Shown piece after piece: positions 49,419 to 60,995 of a stretch of DNA of 64,000 nt (positions within the stretch are counted from its first letter, which is position 1; each line of letters begins with the position of its first letter). This stretch comes from Paraspadella gotoi. Taxonomy: Eukaryota; Animalia; Chaetognatha. Below the pieces are notes generated by a model. The model worked only from the letters and a program-made list of their open reading frames with translations. It was not told the DNA's origin and did not search any database. The stretch spans positions 17,718,265-17,782,264 of the forward strand of contig CM119269.1 of the NCBI GenBank assembly GCA_051294375.1, written 5' to 3'. A program made the position numbers and the translations under genes.

Positions 49419-52400
49419 TCCCTACCTTTTGAGTGTCTTCTTTTCTCCGGTTAGTGTTAAACGGTGGGGGAAACCCGAAAGAAAAACCTGCAACAACAAA
49501 GGAATTTCTGACAGATATCACAGCTTCCTGTAGTATATATACTATATATACTATATAACGATCACTTCCCTATAATATCCTGGTCAAATCGAGAGACTCA
49601 CCGTCGTGACCGTCGACGAGAACGCTCCGGTTCGTGGATCCAAACTCGTTGGTCGCCGTCAGGGTGTACCAGCCCATGTGACCCGCTCCCTTGCGGAAGT
49701 TCAGCTGACCTGGATGGAATTAAAAATGGGTAAATAAAAACACATGCGGATAACGACGTAGATAGACAGATTCCAGGCTCCTTTTACCTTCAACGACGAA
49801 ATCGTCGTGATTATCGTCGTCAGCGGCGCAGTATCGTCGCTGCAAAGAGTAAGAGTTGAAAACGCCAACAACGTGGGACGAACAAGGAATCATTCTGAAT
49901 GAGAGAGCAATTTAAGCGAACCAAATTAAACATTTAAATAAATTACGCTAATCAAATCTTAGATTAAATATAATATAAATCAAAACGATCGAAAGTTTTA
50001 ATTAATCAAATGATTATTATCATTACCATTCTCGAGTTCGCGAAATAATGTTCGGAACAAGAGCAGCAATGATCACTAGCCATTCATCAATTCATACATC
50101 AAAGTCCAGCAATCTCTACCCCTGACCTCATCCTGAGCAAAGTGACGCCCCTCCGATCGAAATGGTCGAAGACATCGGCGATGACCTCCGGTGGCTGCAG
50201 GAACGGCCGACCGTTCTTCGCCCAGCGAAGCAGCGGTGTCGGGTGGCCGATGACGAGGAAGACGGCTGCTGGAAACGCTTGCCCGGCCGAGCGGAGTGTT
50301 TCGAGACGGAGGATCGCGGGAGGACCTGAAGAGTGGACAAAATAGGGAGGCCTCGAAACAGGGTAAAATGAAGAATGGTAGATAAAAGGCTAAACACGTG
50401 GTCTTGAGCTGATGGCTTTATCCATTTAAAGCCATCAGCTCATGACCACGAGGTACCGGGTTCGATCCCAACCCGATGTACATCTGCCTTACGGAAAGCG
50501 TGTGGTCGGCCGTAAGCCACGCCTGGTTCCAAGCCGATGTCATGTCTGCTATCTTCAGCCCACCTAGCATATTATCCACATGGAGTAATTTACATATTTT
50601 TTGTTTTTGTTTTAGACGTTTAAAAACATTAAGTAATCTCAAGTTATAGAACGGTTTTGACCTAAAAATAATTTTTAGTAAGCCAAATTGCATGGCGGAA
50701 AATAAATTACTAAAGAAAGAAAATTGGTCTCTTGTTTTATTAACCTTCGACGACAATGGTGGCGTAAGCGTCGAATTGGCCGACGACGCTCTCCGCTCGG
50801 CACGCGACGACGCCGGAGGCCGTCGACGAGATGTTGGGGACGAGGAGGGTCGACACGAGGCGAGTCGCGGTGTGGGACTGAGTTGGGGGGAGGGCCGGGG
50901 GCAAAGCGGATTTTTTTCAAATCGTGGTTATTAATAATTTATATTTTTATTTTTCCTGATTTGCTTGAATCCAAATAAAAAAAATAAAAACATTTTTTTA
51001 GATATTATTATTATTCAAAATTATTAAGAATGCATGTAAAAAGGAATGAAGTAAAAATTATTCCCACGCCCCAAAAAAGATCAAATAAGTTCTTCCAAAG
51101 TTTAAATTCTTGCATATAAGATTGGTTACTGTTTCTTCATTCTCACCCTCCTCACGACGAAGGGAGGCCCGGACACGCCCAAGTCCCACTCCAGCGTCAC
51201 TTCCGGTTCGACGCTTATGTCGACGTCGCACGAGACTTCCGCGACCTCACCCGCCCTTACGACGACGCGGGCGGACGAGAGGCGGGGGCGGGGAGACTCT
51301 AGAGGGGGAGAATAGGGAAGTGAGTCAAGGAAGACGTCGACGTGAAAATAGTTTAAAATATTATTAGTAATATTAAAAATACATTTAAAACTTTCGTTTT
51401 AATACGTTTTTGAAACGAAGATAAATTTTCAGAGACTCACGGCATTGGAGAAGTCGATCGAGAGCAGATTTAGATTCAGGCGGAATGCATTGGCTCAATA
51501 GTTTTTTCTTGCTTCCTTCAACGTCGAATCTAATCAGACATTTCACTGATTTTAAAAATTTATATTTTATCAATGGAATAATTTTCCTATACTAGTTTTG
51601 TTTTAACAATTTTGTCTATGGGCACTGGGCATTATTACGTACAAAGGGTACTCATTAAAATTGAAATTAATAACAAACCCCGCGGTTCTAGACGATTGCG
51701 TCCAAATGTTGGCGCAGACGCAGTGGAAAGGATTTTCCGCCACGATTCTTGGAAAAAAAAAGCGAAAGAGAAAAAAAGATCATTTTATGTTTGGGAGTAG
51801 AGAACGACGAAAAAACATCGACTTCGAGCATACTCACAGCGTCCTTAAAAATAAATTGCGAAATATCTCCCAACTGAGGACATTAATGGCATTGTGGCTC
51901 AAATGGCTGCAAGAAAAAAAATTGAATTTTAAATGAAGAAAATTTATTTCTTAGAGATTTTGACGGAACAAGCACGTGAATGAACATTAACATACATATC
52001 TGTCAAGGTGAGAAGATTGTCGAAAGCGTCAAGCGAAATCGTTTTGAGATTCGTGTGAACGACAGAACTGGCAATGACAAAATAGATATTCAATTTTTTG
52101 AGTAACTCAATATCATTTGCATACTGTGGTTGTTTTAAATTATTTCTATTTTTCTAATATCTTTTAACTAGGTTTTTATTCGATTCGATATGGATTAATT
52201 ACTATAAGTATTATTTTAATAAGCAAAAATAAATAAAAAAAGGCTATTCAACAATTTCATACATAAAACAAATTAAAAGGGCAACGCACATTTTTTCGAT
52301 TTTGACGAAGACTTCGATGTCTTTCCGTTCGAGCGATGTAATTCTCGGCTGATTAGACACGAGACTGTGAAAAAGACAGTTTGCAGTTAATTTAAAATCT

Positions 52401-53454
52401 ATTAAAAGCTAATAAAGTCAGAAAATACAAAGATCATCTTGAATAGATCAACCAAAATCCACCGTCTCTTACTAAGTCGACACTCGAATCGAGTCGAAGA
52501 ACTTCGGGTTCCGGACGACGTCCGCCAACTCGGCCAGGGAATCGAATCGTGTGCAGGAGACGATTCCCTCGCGGGCGTCACAAGAGCACGCGCGAGGGCA
52601 AGCGAGTCTGCTGTTTGATGTAGGGGAGGAGGAGAGAGTTGGACTCTGGCGCTGCATGTCAGACCTTTCCGCAATTTCGAAGAGCGAACTAATGGCATCA
52701 CTGGGAACGAACTGTGGACCTTCTTTTCCGTCGTCCTTGGCGACCTTGAAAGGAAATGGTTTTGCGGTTTTTATCCAAGTTTAGTCTAAACTTTAGAAAG
52801 ATAAACTTTTTTTTCGGGGGAAACAGTGAAACAGTTTTTTAACAAAATGTTTTTTTTTCAGATATTGATTTTTACAGATAACCTCGGAGATTAAGAAAAA
52901 GTCAAATGATTTAAAAAATTATTAAGTAAAAATTCATTAACAAACAAATTTGGCTCTTAAAAATTGTTTTTACTATAATTAAACAACTTTTAATATGTAA
53001 TTTTAACCAAATTTAATATTTTTTAAATAAATATTAGGTGTTTATTTACATAATATAAATTTATTTACTTAATTCTCGCATTCGTGCTACTCTTACTTTT
53101 CTCGTCGATTTAGCTGAGGTCCAAAGGACGAAATCCGTTTTCGCTTTTTTGCCAAAATATGAAAAAAAAAAAATCAAAAGAAGCTCATTTTATCTAAACA
53201 AGGTATATTTATTTTAGAGAAATTGCGTGAAGACTCGATAGATATTTCAAAGAAAATTAATTTAATTAATTACAATAATGGACGTGATTAATATAAAATT
53301 TAGCTAAATCTAGTGAACTAAGAAGTGACGCAAACGAAGTAAAAAAAAAAAACCTAGTAAAATTCTCATCAAAACTAAATTGAAGGTTAAACTTACCATA
53401 AGTTGTCAGCCAATAAATAACAATACTTCCCAACGTCATCGACGTCACAGTCAT
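24540..53454 (-). CDS. Trk (NTRK)-like receptor tyrosine kinase: LRRNT-3xLRR-LRRCT-Ig-Ig-TM-kinase
   Basis: Extracellular exons at 53454-49600 ([72 protein letters not shown]). TM exon ~28730-28552; juxtamembrane exon ~28003-27857. Kinase exons ~26697-24540 ([56 protein letters not shown]). Joining the two halves into one gene is inferred from Trk domain architecture. Confidence 0.8.
26161..26397 (-). mobile_element. Solo LTR of twister-bearing family B, in a kinase-domain intron
   Basis: 237-bp GC-rich island, TGTGGCGG...CCCGCCA. Has a 5' hairpin GGCGGT/ACCGCC, a CAGCCAATCCCATTGGCT hairpin homologous to family A, and an A-box-like TGGCTCAGAGG. No clear TSD. Confidence 0.65.
26199..26277 (-). 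ncRNA. Twister ribozyme, type P5 (a few mismatches)
   Basis: P5 GCGTTGG/CCAAAGC; P2 GCGA/CCGC; GA plus T1 CCG pairing with L4 TCGG; palindrome TCCTAGGG; U^AA (cut between 26249 and 26248); T2 GT instead of GC; P3 AGTGA/TCACT; P4 GGG/CCC; L4 TCGG-AAGC. Confidence 0.75.
28410..28545. repeat. (TTTC)n microsatellite
   Basis: Direct reading. Similar (TTTC)n or (GA)n tracts occur at ~29176, 32000, 34390, 35500, 43850, 46090, 47340, 49330, 56885, 57385 and 58495. Confidence 0.95.
30964..39051 (+). CDS. Long-chain fatty-acid-CoA ligase (ACSL1/5/6-like), nested antisense in the Trk intron
   Basis: N-terminal TM anchor, [21 protein letters not shown]-binding motif [74 protein letters not shown]; stop TGA 39049-39051. 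Start is ATG 30964 or 31012; a probable 5' UTR exon ends at ~30448. Confidence 0.95.
32381..34385 (-). mobile_element. 5'-truncated, decayed non-LTR retrotransposon (LINE, Jockey/I-group-like RT)
   Basis: RT motifs split by frameshifts and stops: [58 protein letters not shown]. 3' tail of ATTGTC(C/T) repeats; inserted in a GA tract within an ACSL intron. Confidence 0.9.
35822..35937. repeat. 29-bp minisatellite x4
   Basis: aatgttgagggttcgccgccttgatgttt repeated four times head-to-tail with no spacers. Confidence 0.95.
39644..40249. mobile_element. Insertion with inverted 11-bp repeat arrays, flanked by a 40-bp duplication
   Basis: (GAGTTGCGGAC)n at ~39847-39990 and its reverse complement at ~40141-40248; A-run at ~39689-39740; flanking repeat 39604-39643 matches 40250-40289 with one mismatch. 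Confidence 0.65.
40795..42951 (-). CDS. Secreted tandem SUEL/galactose-rhamnose-binding lectin (two domains)
   Basis: Signal peptide [16 protein letters not shown]. Domain 1: LEIACP..VDKAFYG..CHGKTRC..DYMEVIYHC. Domain 2: [37 protein letters not shown]. Seven coding GT-AG exons. Confidence 0.85.
46883..48443 (+). CDS. CD225/dispanin-family membrane protein (IFITM/PRRT/TMEM233-like); 3' end uncertain
   Basis: Exons ~47020-47065, 47428-47562, 47793-47931, 48344-~48443 read ..[58 protein letters not shown].., the CD225 pattern. The first exon needs a non-canonical donor. The stop codon was not resolved (possibly ~48540-48671). Confidence 0.7.
50425..50580 (+). mobile_element. Truncated Pol III-head element with a degenerate twister-like core (family D)
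   Basis: B-box GGGTTCGATCCC; AAAGCGTG-TGG-TCGGCCG-TAA-GCCAC-GCC..GGTTCCAAGCC aligns with the family A twister; ends CCACA. Confidence 0.5.
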
Positions 53455-54140
53455 CTTCTCAATTTAATATTTTCGTTTATTACTTATCATTTATACGAAT
53501 TTCATTACAATCAAATTGCAGATTTTCCACGCGATCGTGAGACGATTTTGCGCCTCTGCGCGTCGCGTCCTCATGGCAACGCGTTCTGAACGCGCTTTTT
53601 GGTAACGTCCTGCCATCTCGACGCGCGACGAACGAGCTGAGGCTGTGAAGTTTGAGGGAGCGAGCAGGACAGGGCAAGACGACAAATTGACGCAAAATTG
53701 GGGCAGATAATATAAATTTCTTTCTATCTCTTTGTCTATTTATCTATGTATCTCTATCTCTCTCTCACTATCTCTATCTCTATCTCTAGAGTCTAAGAAG
53801 AAAATCTGGCAACAAGAAACTTAAAAAAACTGAAATAGTTGAGCTATCTGCCAATGTTCCTAACACAGTTAGTCTAGTTTGCAGCATAGAACGTTTCAAA
53901 ATTGCAAGATCATCATTCATCAAGACACTTTAATAATCAATCTAACATTTATGAAATTAAAGAAAGTGAAGTCCAAATTTTAATAATAATCATAAGTCGC
54001 ATTTAAATAATCGACGAGTTCGTTCATCAATAACAAATAAGCAACATGTAAAAAGAAGATGACCATCAGTCGGAGATTTTATCTCGAAGAGAAAAGGCTC
54101 GAAATCGCATCCTTCCCCTCGCGCCGCGATCTTCTCCCTT

Positions 54141-55950
54141 TCACTCACAGTGAACGTCGTAAAAGTGGTCGAGCAGCTCGTGCTCTCGCGGAAAGGCGGC
54201 GATGCAGACTTCGCAGATGAACCGGGCCTCCATGTGACTCTCGTAGGCGTGGATCTTGAGCAGCGTCGCGTCGGCGAAGCTCAGTTCACAGATGGGACAC
54301 TCGGCGCCGAAACTCGCCGCCGCCGACGGCGCCAAGTCGCCCGTCAGCATTTTTGGCAACGCGAAGACTTCGACGTCGGCCAGCGGCGCCGACGACGACG
54401 AGGACGTCGACGCCAAGGCGCTCAAGTCGGGGAAGCCAGAGGCGTCGGCGAAAAGTGAGTCGGCCATCGTCATCGGCGGCGTCGACGACGCGTCGAAGGG
54501 AACATCGGAGGCATCGAAAGGGGCGTCGTAGGGGGCGTTGAATACGGCGGCGACGGCGTCGGCGACGCTAGAGCTAGTAACGGGAGGCTGAAAAAAAAAA
54601 AGAGGGTTAATACTGATTCTCGATCAACATTACAATCTATCCAATCTATCTATGCAACGCACCAAATTGTTTCTACCAATTCATCTATCGAAACATTTCC
54701 TAATGCGTCTCCAGGAACTTCTCTTCAACCACAATCCCAATATTCAGACCAATCACCTTGCTCGTTCTACTTCCATGTACTTCGGCCTCGTGTTGGGCCA
54801 GCGATTCTTTGTCAGCGAACAAAGTGTTGCACTTTCTGCAGCAGACGTAGCTGAGTCCAGCGTCGTCGTCGTCGTCGTCGTCATCCTCGTCATGACCGAT
54901 GTCGTCGTGTCTTTGGTCGGAAAGCCGCTGATTAGCCTTCCTTCTCGTCCTCGGGCCCAACGCCGATAAAGCCAAGGTCATTCCGTGGCGCCGACGGAGA
55001 TGAACCAACAACCGCGCCCTCCACCCTTCCCGTTTTCGGCCGAACCGGGTCGGACAGGAGGGGCAAATGCCGAGACGACACGCTCGTTCCTCGTAGGGCG
55101 TCGGCAGCGTCGGGCGTCGCCGTCGAGATAGTTTTCGTTTTGTCGCGCGATCCCGTAACGCCGAAAGCGTGAGCAGGCCAAGATCGGCCCCGTGTGCGGC
55201 TTCGACGTGAGAAACGAGGCGGCGTTGCCAAGGGCCGGCGTCGTCTATTAGTGCGTCGCAGATCGGGCACCGGCGCTGTTTTCTCCACGGACCGGCGCAG
55301 ACGAGAACTCGATGGCGACGAAAGACCCAATCGGAGGCGAAGGTTTGGTAGCAGTTGTTGCATGTCATCGAGGAAACGACGGGTGGTTCTGGAGAGCCTT
55401 GGAGGTTCGACGAATCTTCTTGTTCGGGGTTTTCTTCCTCATTCTCTTCTTCCTCCTCTTCCTCGTCGGAAGTAAGTTCATCGTCAGGAGGAGGCCGTTC
55501 GAGCAAAATGTGTTTGGAAGTTCGGAAAACGAGCCAACCGCCGTGAGCGAGTTCCGCCTGCAAGACTGTTGTAGTGGGGAACAAGGTAAAGAGTACAGGA
55601 CGTTGCAGTTAATTAGAGATTAAATGAGTGATGTAAAAGAGACTGTAGAGCATTCAATATTATTATATTTACTCATTATTAAATAAAAAAAATTATTTCA
55701 AAGGTAGAAAAAAACCCTTCCAGACGTCACCATTCTTGGTCTTCGCCAGCACGGCTTCTACTTCGAATAATTTCCGCACCGCCTCGTCGATTTCGCCGCT
55801 CGCTCCGTTGACGCCCCGGTCGAGCAGGATGTGACGCTTACTGCCCGAGAGGTCCCAGCCGCCCAGAGACAGTTCGATGGCCAAAACTGTCTCCAACTTC
55901 TTTGACACGGCGTCCAAGCTGGCGGCCTGTTGCTCGGAATGGGTCTCCAT
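54141..55950 (-). CDS. C2H2 zinc-finger protein (about 6 fingers)
   Basis: Three exons (55950-~55731, ~55565-54757, ~54587-54141). Fingers: CNNCYQTF..H, CPICD..HVEAAH, CPSC..HLRRRH, CRKCNTLF..HEAEVH, CPICELSF..HAYESH, CEVC..HFYDVH. Confidence 0.8.
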
Positions 55951-56880
55951 CGGGAGGACGTATTAAGAGAGATGATAAGAGAGATGAAACTTGTCAACAT
56001 GAGCGCACTTTAGTTCTTTAACAGATTAATGAATTTTTTTTTATGAATTTTTTTCCCAGCTTATCTTTAGAGACAAAAGAGCAAAACGGTTTAAAAAGCC
56101 CGAGAGAGCGCCATCACAATTGATGTACCAATTCGTTGTACCAATTTCATACAAGTGAACAAAAATTTATAACCTACTAATAACTAACTATGAATATAGT
56201 TAACCGTATTTACAAGGTATTTATAAATTTTTTTGTCATGTCAAAATTATAAACCACCAATTTAAAAAATTGAGACATAAAAAAATTATTTCATAGAAAA
56301 ATTATTTTAAGAACGGGCTGTTCTTTTGTTAAAATAACTCTTAAGAATAAGAGGTTTCTGACACCTTCAGGTACATAGCGCAAACTTGATCTTTTAACAA
56401 AAGATTAATTTTCTTATTAATACGATAATAATATTAATTATATTAAACATTCAAAACATTATTTCAAATTTCTTTTAACGCTTTTGCAAGCACCGAAAAT
56501 ACAGAATAAGTTAGATTATTTTTACAACACAGTTTCGTTAGCTTTTTATAGAGTATGTTTGTATGTTTGTTTTTTTCTTCGGATAGATTTCTGAAAGGTT
56601 TTTTTCTCGCCCAAGAATTGATTGCTCATTGCTCAAGCCGTTCCGATCATTATCAGTTTGAGCATTTTTAAAATGGTATTCAGGTGACCTGGATTTTGAT
56701 TACAAAAATTGAATTCTTATATCATCTGGATCAATTTTTTTCGTGATCATTTTGATTGTCCCAATACTCCACGACTTCATTCGTTTTATACTTAAAAATA
56801 ACTTTCACAAATATTAACGTATCGACCGAGCGGATTTTCAGCCACGCCCCTCAATCACAGTGAGAAACAGAGACCACGTG

Positions 56881-56916
<36 letters not shown>

Positions 56917-56930
56917 TCCTCTCATCTCTC

Positions 56931-56977
<47 letters not shown>

Positions 56978-57106
56978 GTCTTTGTGTCTCCGCTCCTTGT
57001 CTTCCGAGATTTCCCTTTCCGTCTGTCAGATTTCTTTTTCTTAAACCGAAGACAAAGTCGACTTCCTGCGCGGAACCCGGCCTTCCAGTTTCCAGCTGAT
57101 ACTTCT

Positions 57107-57154
<48 letters not shown>

Positions 57155-57382
57155 TCTCTCTCTTTTCTCTCTCTCTCTTCCATGTTATTCTTACCCTAAC
57201 CTTTCCCAACCCAATTTCTCCTCCCCATTTCCGTCAAAGATTCTCCAGAAATCTGTGAGAAATTTCTCCCGCGATTTAATCCTTTTTTCGACATTGATCC
57301 AGATTTTCTGAGTTTTGGATCGCAGCCTCACATTTTTTTATGCCCCCTTTCGTCTTACATTTTTCGCTCTAACTCGAAGGCT

Positions 57383-57448
<66 letters not shown>

Positions 57449-58488
57449 CGCTCGCTCGCTCTTGTTCAACCTCAAACACACAAATTTCCCGCCAGGGAGG
57501 AAATGGACCCTCGTGTTGAGTACAGTAGAATCGGTTTTGATCATCATCCTCAACTAATTCTCGTTTTTTAATATATTATTATTAAATAATAAATAATAAA
57601 TTAATAAGAGAATTTAGTTGCCTGTATCGATATATCGATATCAAATCAAAATAATTACCAAAAAAAGTATTGTGGATAATTACTAAAGTCAGCCAACAAA
57701 CTAACATAACATAACAAAATTTCCCATGAATTCTTATTATTTGGTTTTTACTGCAGAATAAAAAAAAAGAGTTAACCGTCGGAGATGCCATCGGCCTCGA
57801 TGCCATTGAAATGCCATTGAGATGCCATTCGGACGCCATTCAACAGCCGTTCGGTCCCGCGAGGATTTGCCACTGGGCCGTTCTTTGTTCGCCTTTCGTC
57901 ATTGTCGTTGTTGTTGTTGTCGCGGATAGCGTTCGGCGTTTCTGGCGACGACCTCACGGTCCAGCGATCTCACCACGTCGATTTCCTCGTCGTCACCGTC
58001 ACCGTCACCATCGTCACGGATCAGAAATTTGTCGGTGACACAGAATGAGAGGAATTCGTTCGACCAAATCGGTGATTAACGATAAAGTAAATTTACTTCT
58101 TTTCGTTGTTTTCTATATACAATTCTACATTTTAAACAAAACGCGACTAGGAAACGGCGGGAACTGGAAGGAGGTGTAAAGAAACGGTTTTGATTTCGCG
58201 AAGGAACGCTGATATATTTTATATTCTCAGTACTTAAGACGCCCAAATTTCTTTTTGACAAGCCTTACACTAAACCGACTTTTGATCGTTCGGATCGTCG
58301 GATTTCCGCGTGGTTACTCAAAATGCGGCGGCAGTTGTGGCAGCGGCGGCGGCGGCGGCGGCGGCCGCGGCGGCGTTGGTGACGTCCTTCGGGCTTTGTC
58401 TCATTTGTCGGTTACTGTAGCGCCATCGACCAATCAGGTGTTCAGCCCACGATCTCGACCAATAAGGAATGTCCAATTCGAAAGAAAG

Positions 58489-58558
<70 letters not shown>

Positions 58559-59920
58559 ATATCTTTGTCTCCTCTGAATTACATCATGACGTTCCTGGGA
58601 TCGCGGGACGTGAGTTTGAAAGAGAGAGAGAGTGAGAGTGAGAAAGAGTGAGAGAGAGAGAGGGAGAGAGAGGGAGATAGAGAAAGATGCCTTCGTAGCG
58701 GAAACAAAGACTGTGAACGCACAAAGAGTGAGAAGAAAAATGGTGAGAAAAAGTGGGGTAAAGTTTTACGTGCGGCCATCGAAAGATCTTTGGAGACCTG
58801 GCGAATGACGCCGACAACTATCGTTAGGGGAACTCATATAGTTTTCTATTTTTTCTCAACCGCTCTTTAAAATATCGAGTGGATTTAATTTTAGAAAGAT
58901 TAGTAATTGTTATCGGAGGACCGTGCCTGTTCCTAAAATAGACTTATTTTTCGTAGAGAAAGATTCGATATTCGTCAAAAAATATTCGCTTGTTGTTAAT
59001 CGAGACAATTGTTGATTTAGGCCATCTCATTTCCAAATTAAATTAAAGCGTTTTCCCAGGACAAGTAGGAGAATTAAAAACATATCTGAGAAAACTTGTG
59101 CTGACTTGTTACGCCAAATGAAATACGGCATGACGTTTCAAAAATGAAACTTCACCTCAGTACGCATCGTAAAACGAGCAAACGACAACTCACAGCTGAT
59201 AGAAGAATTATATCAAGGCAGAATTCTTTCCAAACCTTTTTTTTTTACCTTAATAAGCATGTAAATAATAAGCATGATATGATGATAATTAATTATAAAT
59301 TAATTTAATGAAATAAATTATCTTTATTTATTCGAAATGAAGGGAAACTAAAATTGTTCCTACCTTTCTATTTTTTTTCTTTCTTTGTTGGTTTCTTTCT
59401 TTTTCTCTGCATTAACGAATTTCTGCTATGAAATTACAGATAAAAAGTTTACATTTTAGAGAAACAATCAAAATGGCTGAATTTTTTAAAATTTTAAATA
59501 AAGAAATGAAAAATGGCGCGAAAGTTTAAAAACAAAAAAAATTCTGGCCTTTTTTTCCATCATGAAAGAAAAGAATAAATGAGTGAAAATTTAGGTAGAA
59601 GGTTACGTATAACTAGGGCACTTGTATTGAGAGAGAAAGAGAGAAAGAGAGAAAGAGAGAAAGAGAGAAAGAGAGAAAGAGAATAAGCGAAAGCGTTGAA
59701 TAAAATAAAGGAAAAAAAAAAGAACTAAGGATGGAATGAAAGAGAAAGAAAGAGAAAGTAGGCTATGAAAAGAATAATGTCGCAGAGGAAAAAGAGTCAT
59801 GACCAGAGGCTACGAGAAGTTAACGTTCGGAGCATCGCCAGTTTTTTTTTCCGAGTTTGCTCTTTATTGTTCAGAGAAAAAAAAATCGAATTTTTTCACG
59901 ATTAATATTTTAATATTTAA

Positions 59921-60490
59921 ACTAGGGGTAGCCCCACTCAATGGGGTGAGTCAAAAATTAGAATGATTACATGCTCAAACGAAAATTTATACATTTTTAA
60001 GTAAACTTTCAATGGACAAAACATTTCTTATATGGCTCTATACCCAAATAATTAATTTTTTAATATTTATTTATAAATAAGAAAGGTCAAAAATTTTTTT
60101 TCGAATTTTAAAAGTTTAAGACCAGATTCAGATAGCTCGTAAAAAGTTGTCTACTCAAAGTATAATTCTTTTTTAAATATTTTTATGATAAGTGAGTCAA
60201 AAATAAGAAAAACCGTAAAAAATCTTCATCATCATCTTTCGATGATTTTATCAGTTTTTTTATATTTTCTCTTAGAAAACATAGGAATTTTTAAAAGCTA
60301 TAATTATATTTCTTGTTTAACTTTTTATGCTCTATCAGAATCCATCAAACAATTTTAATATAATATTTAATGTATTAATCAAAACGTATAATGTAAATTT
60401 TTTTGAAAATGATTGCTTAAATATTTAGTCAAGACAACTAAAAAACTTTGTTAATAGTCGAAATTTTATATTATCTCCGGAGTTGGTCCC
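59921..60490 (+). mobile_element. Copy of the AT-rich transposon-like family seen at 23700-24534
   Basis: Starts ACTAGGGGTAGCCCCACTCAATGGGGTGAGTCA; shares aaactttcaatggac and gctctatca.aatc. Confidence 0.55.
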
Positions 60491-60491
60491 T

Positions 60492-60995
60492 ACTTAAACT
60501 GAAAGTCTTGATTGCTATATTTGTTAACGTCTTAGTATTATTAAGAATGGCCATTAAAATTTAGAAACATCATTATTTTAGATTATTTAGTTCTTTGAAA
60601 AGTTTTTATTAAAATTAAATCCATAAATTTTAAATATAATTATATACCTTTGAGAGACATTTCTCTGCCTAAACATTTAAATACTCTTTTGCTCGAGATA
60701 ATGATTATACAATTTAAAAATCGAATTTTTTTTCAAGTAATATTTAGTTTAATTTATGTTCTATGCCTTAAACTGAAAGTCTTGATTGCTATATTTCTTA
60801 ACGTCTTAGTATTATTAAGAATGGCCATTAAAATTCAGAAACACGATTATTTTAAATTATTTAGTTTTTTGAAAATTTTTTATTAAAATTAAATCCTTAG
60901 ATTTAGAATAAAACTAAATATATACCTTTGAAAGACATTTCTCTGCCTAAACGTTTAAATTCTCTTTTGCTCGAGATAATGATTATACAATTTAA
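60492..60995. repeat. ~275-bp tandem duplication
   Basis: cttaaactgaaagtcttgattgctatat...gagataatgattatacaatttaa occurs twice in tandem. Confidence 0.85.

Noticed and set aside
50430-50475. tRNA-Met gene (CTCATGA loop and T-arm)
   Set aside because: No acceptor stem or D-arm; it is the Pol III-like head of a repeat.
57770-58430. GC-rich stretch with a DEEIDVV (Myc-box/WDR5-binding-like) word and a poly-Ala mini-ORF on the minus strand
   Set aside because: The frames are short and bounded by stops without usable splice sites; more likely promoter or 5' UTR sequence. No gene called.
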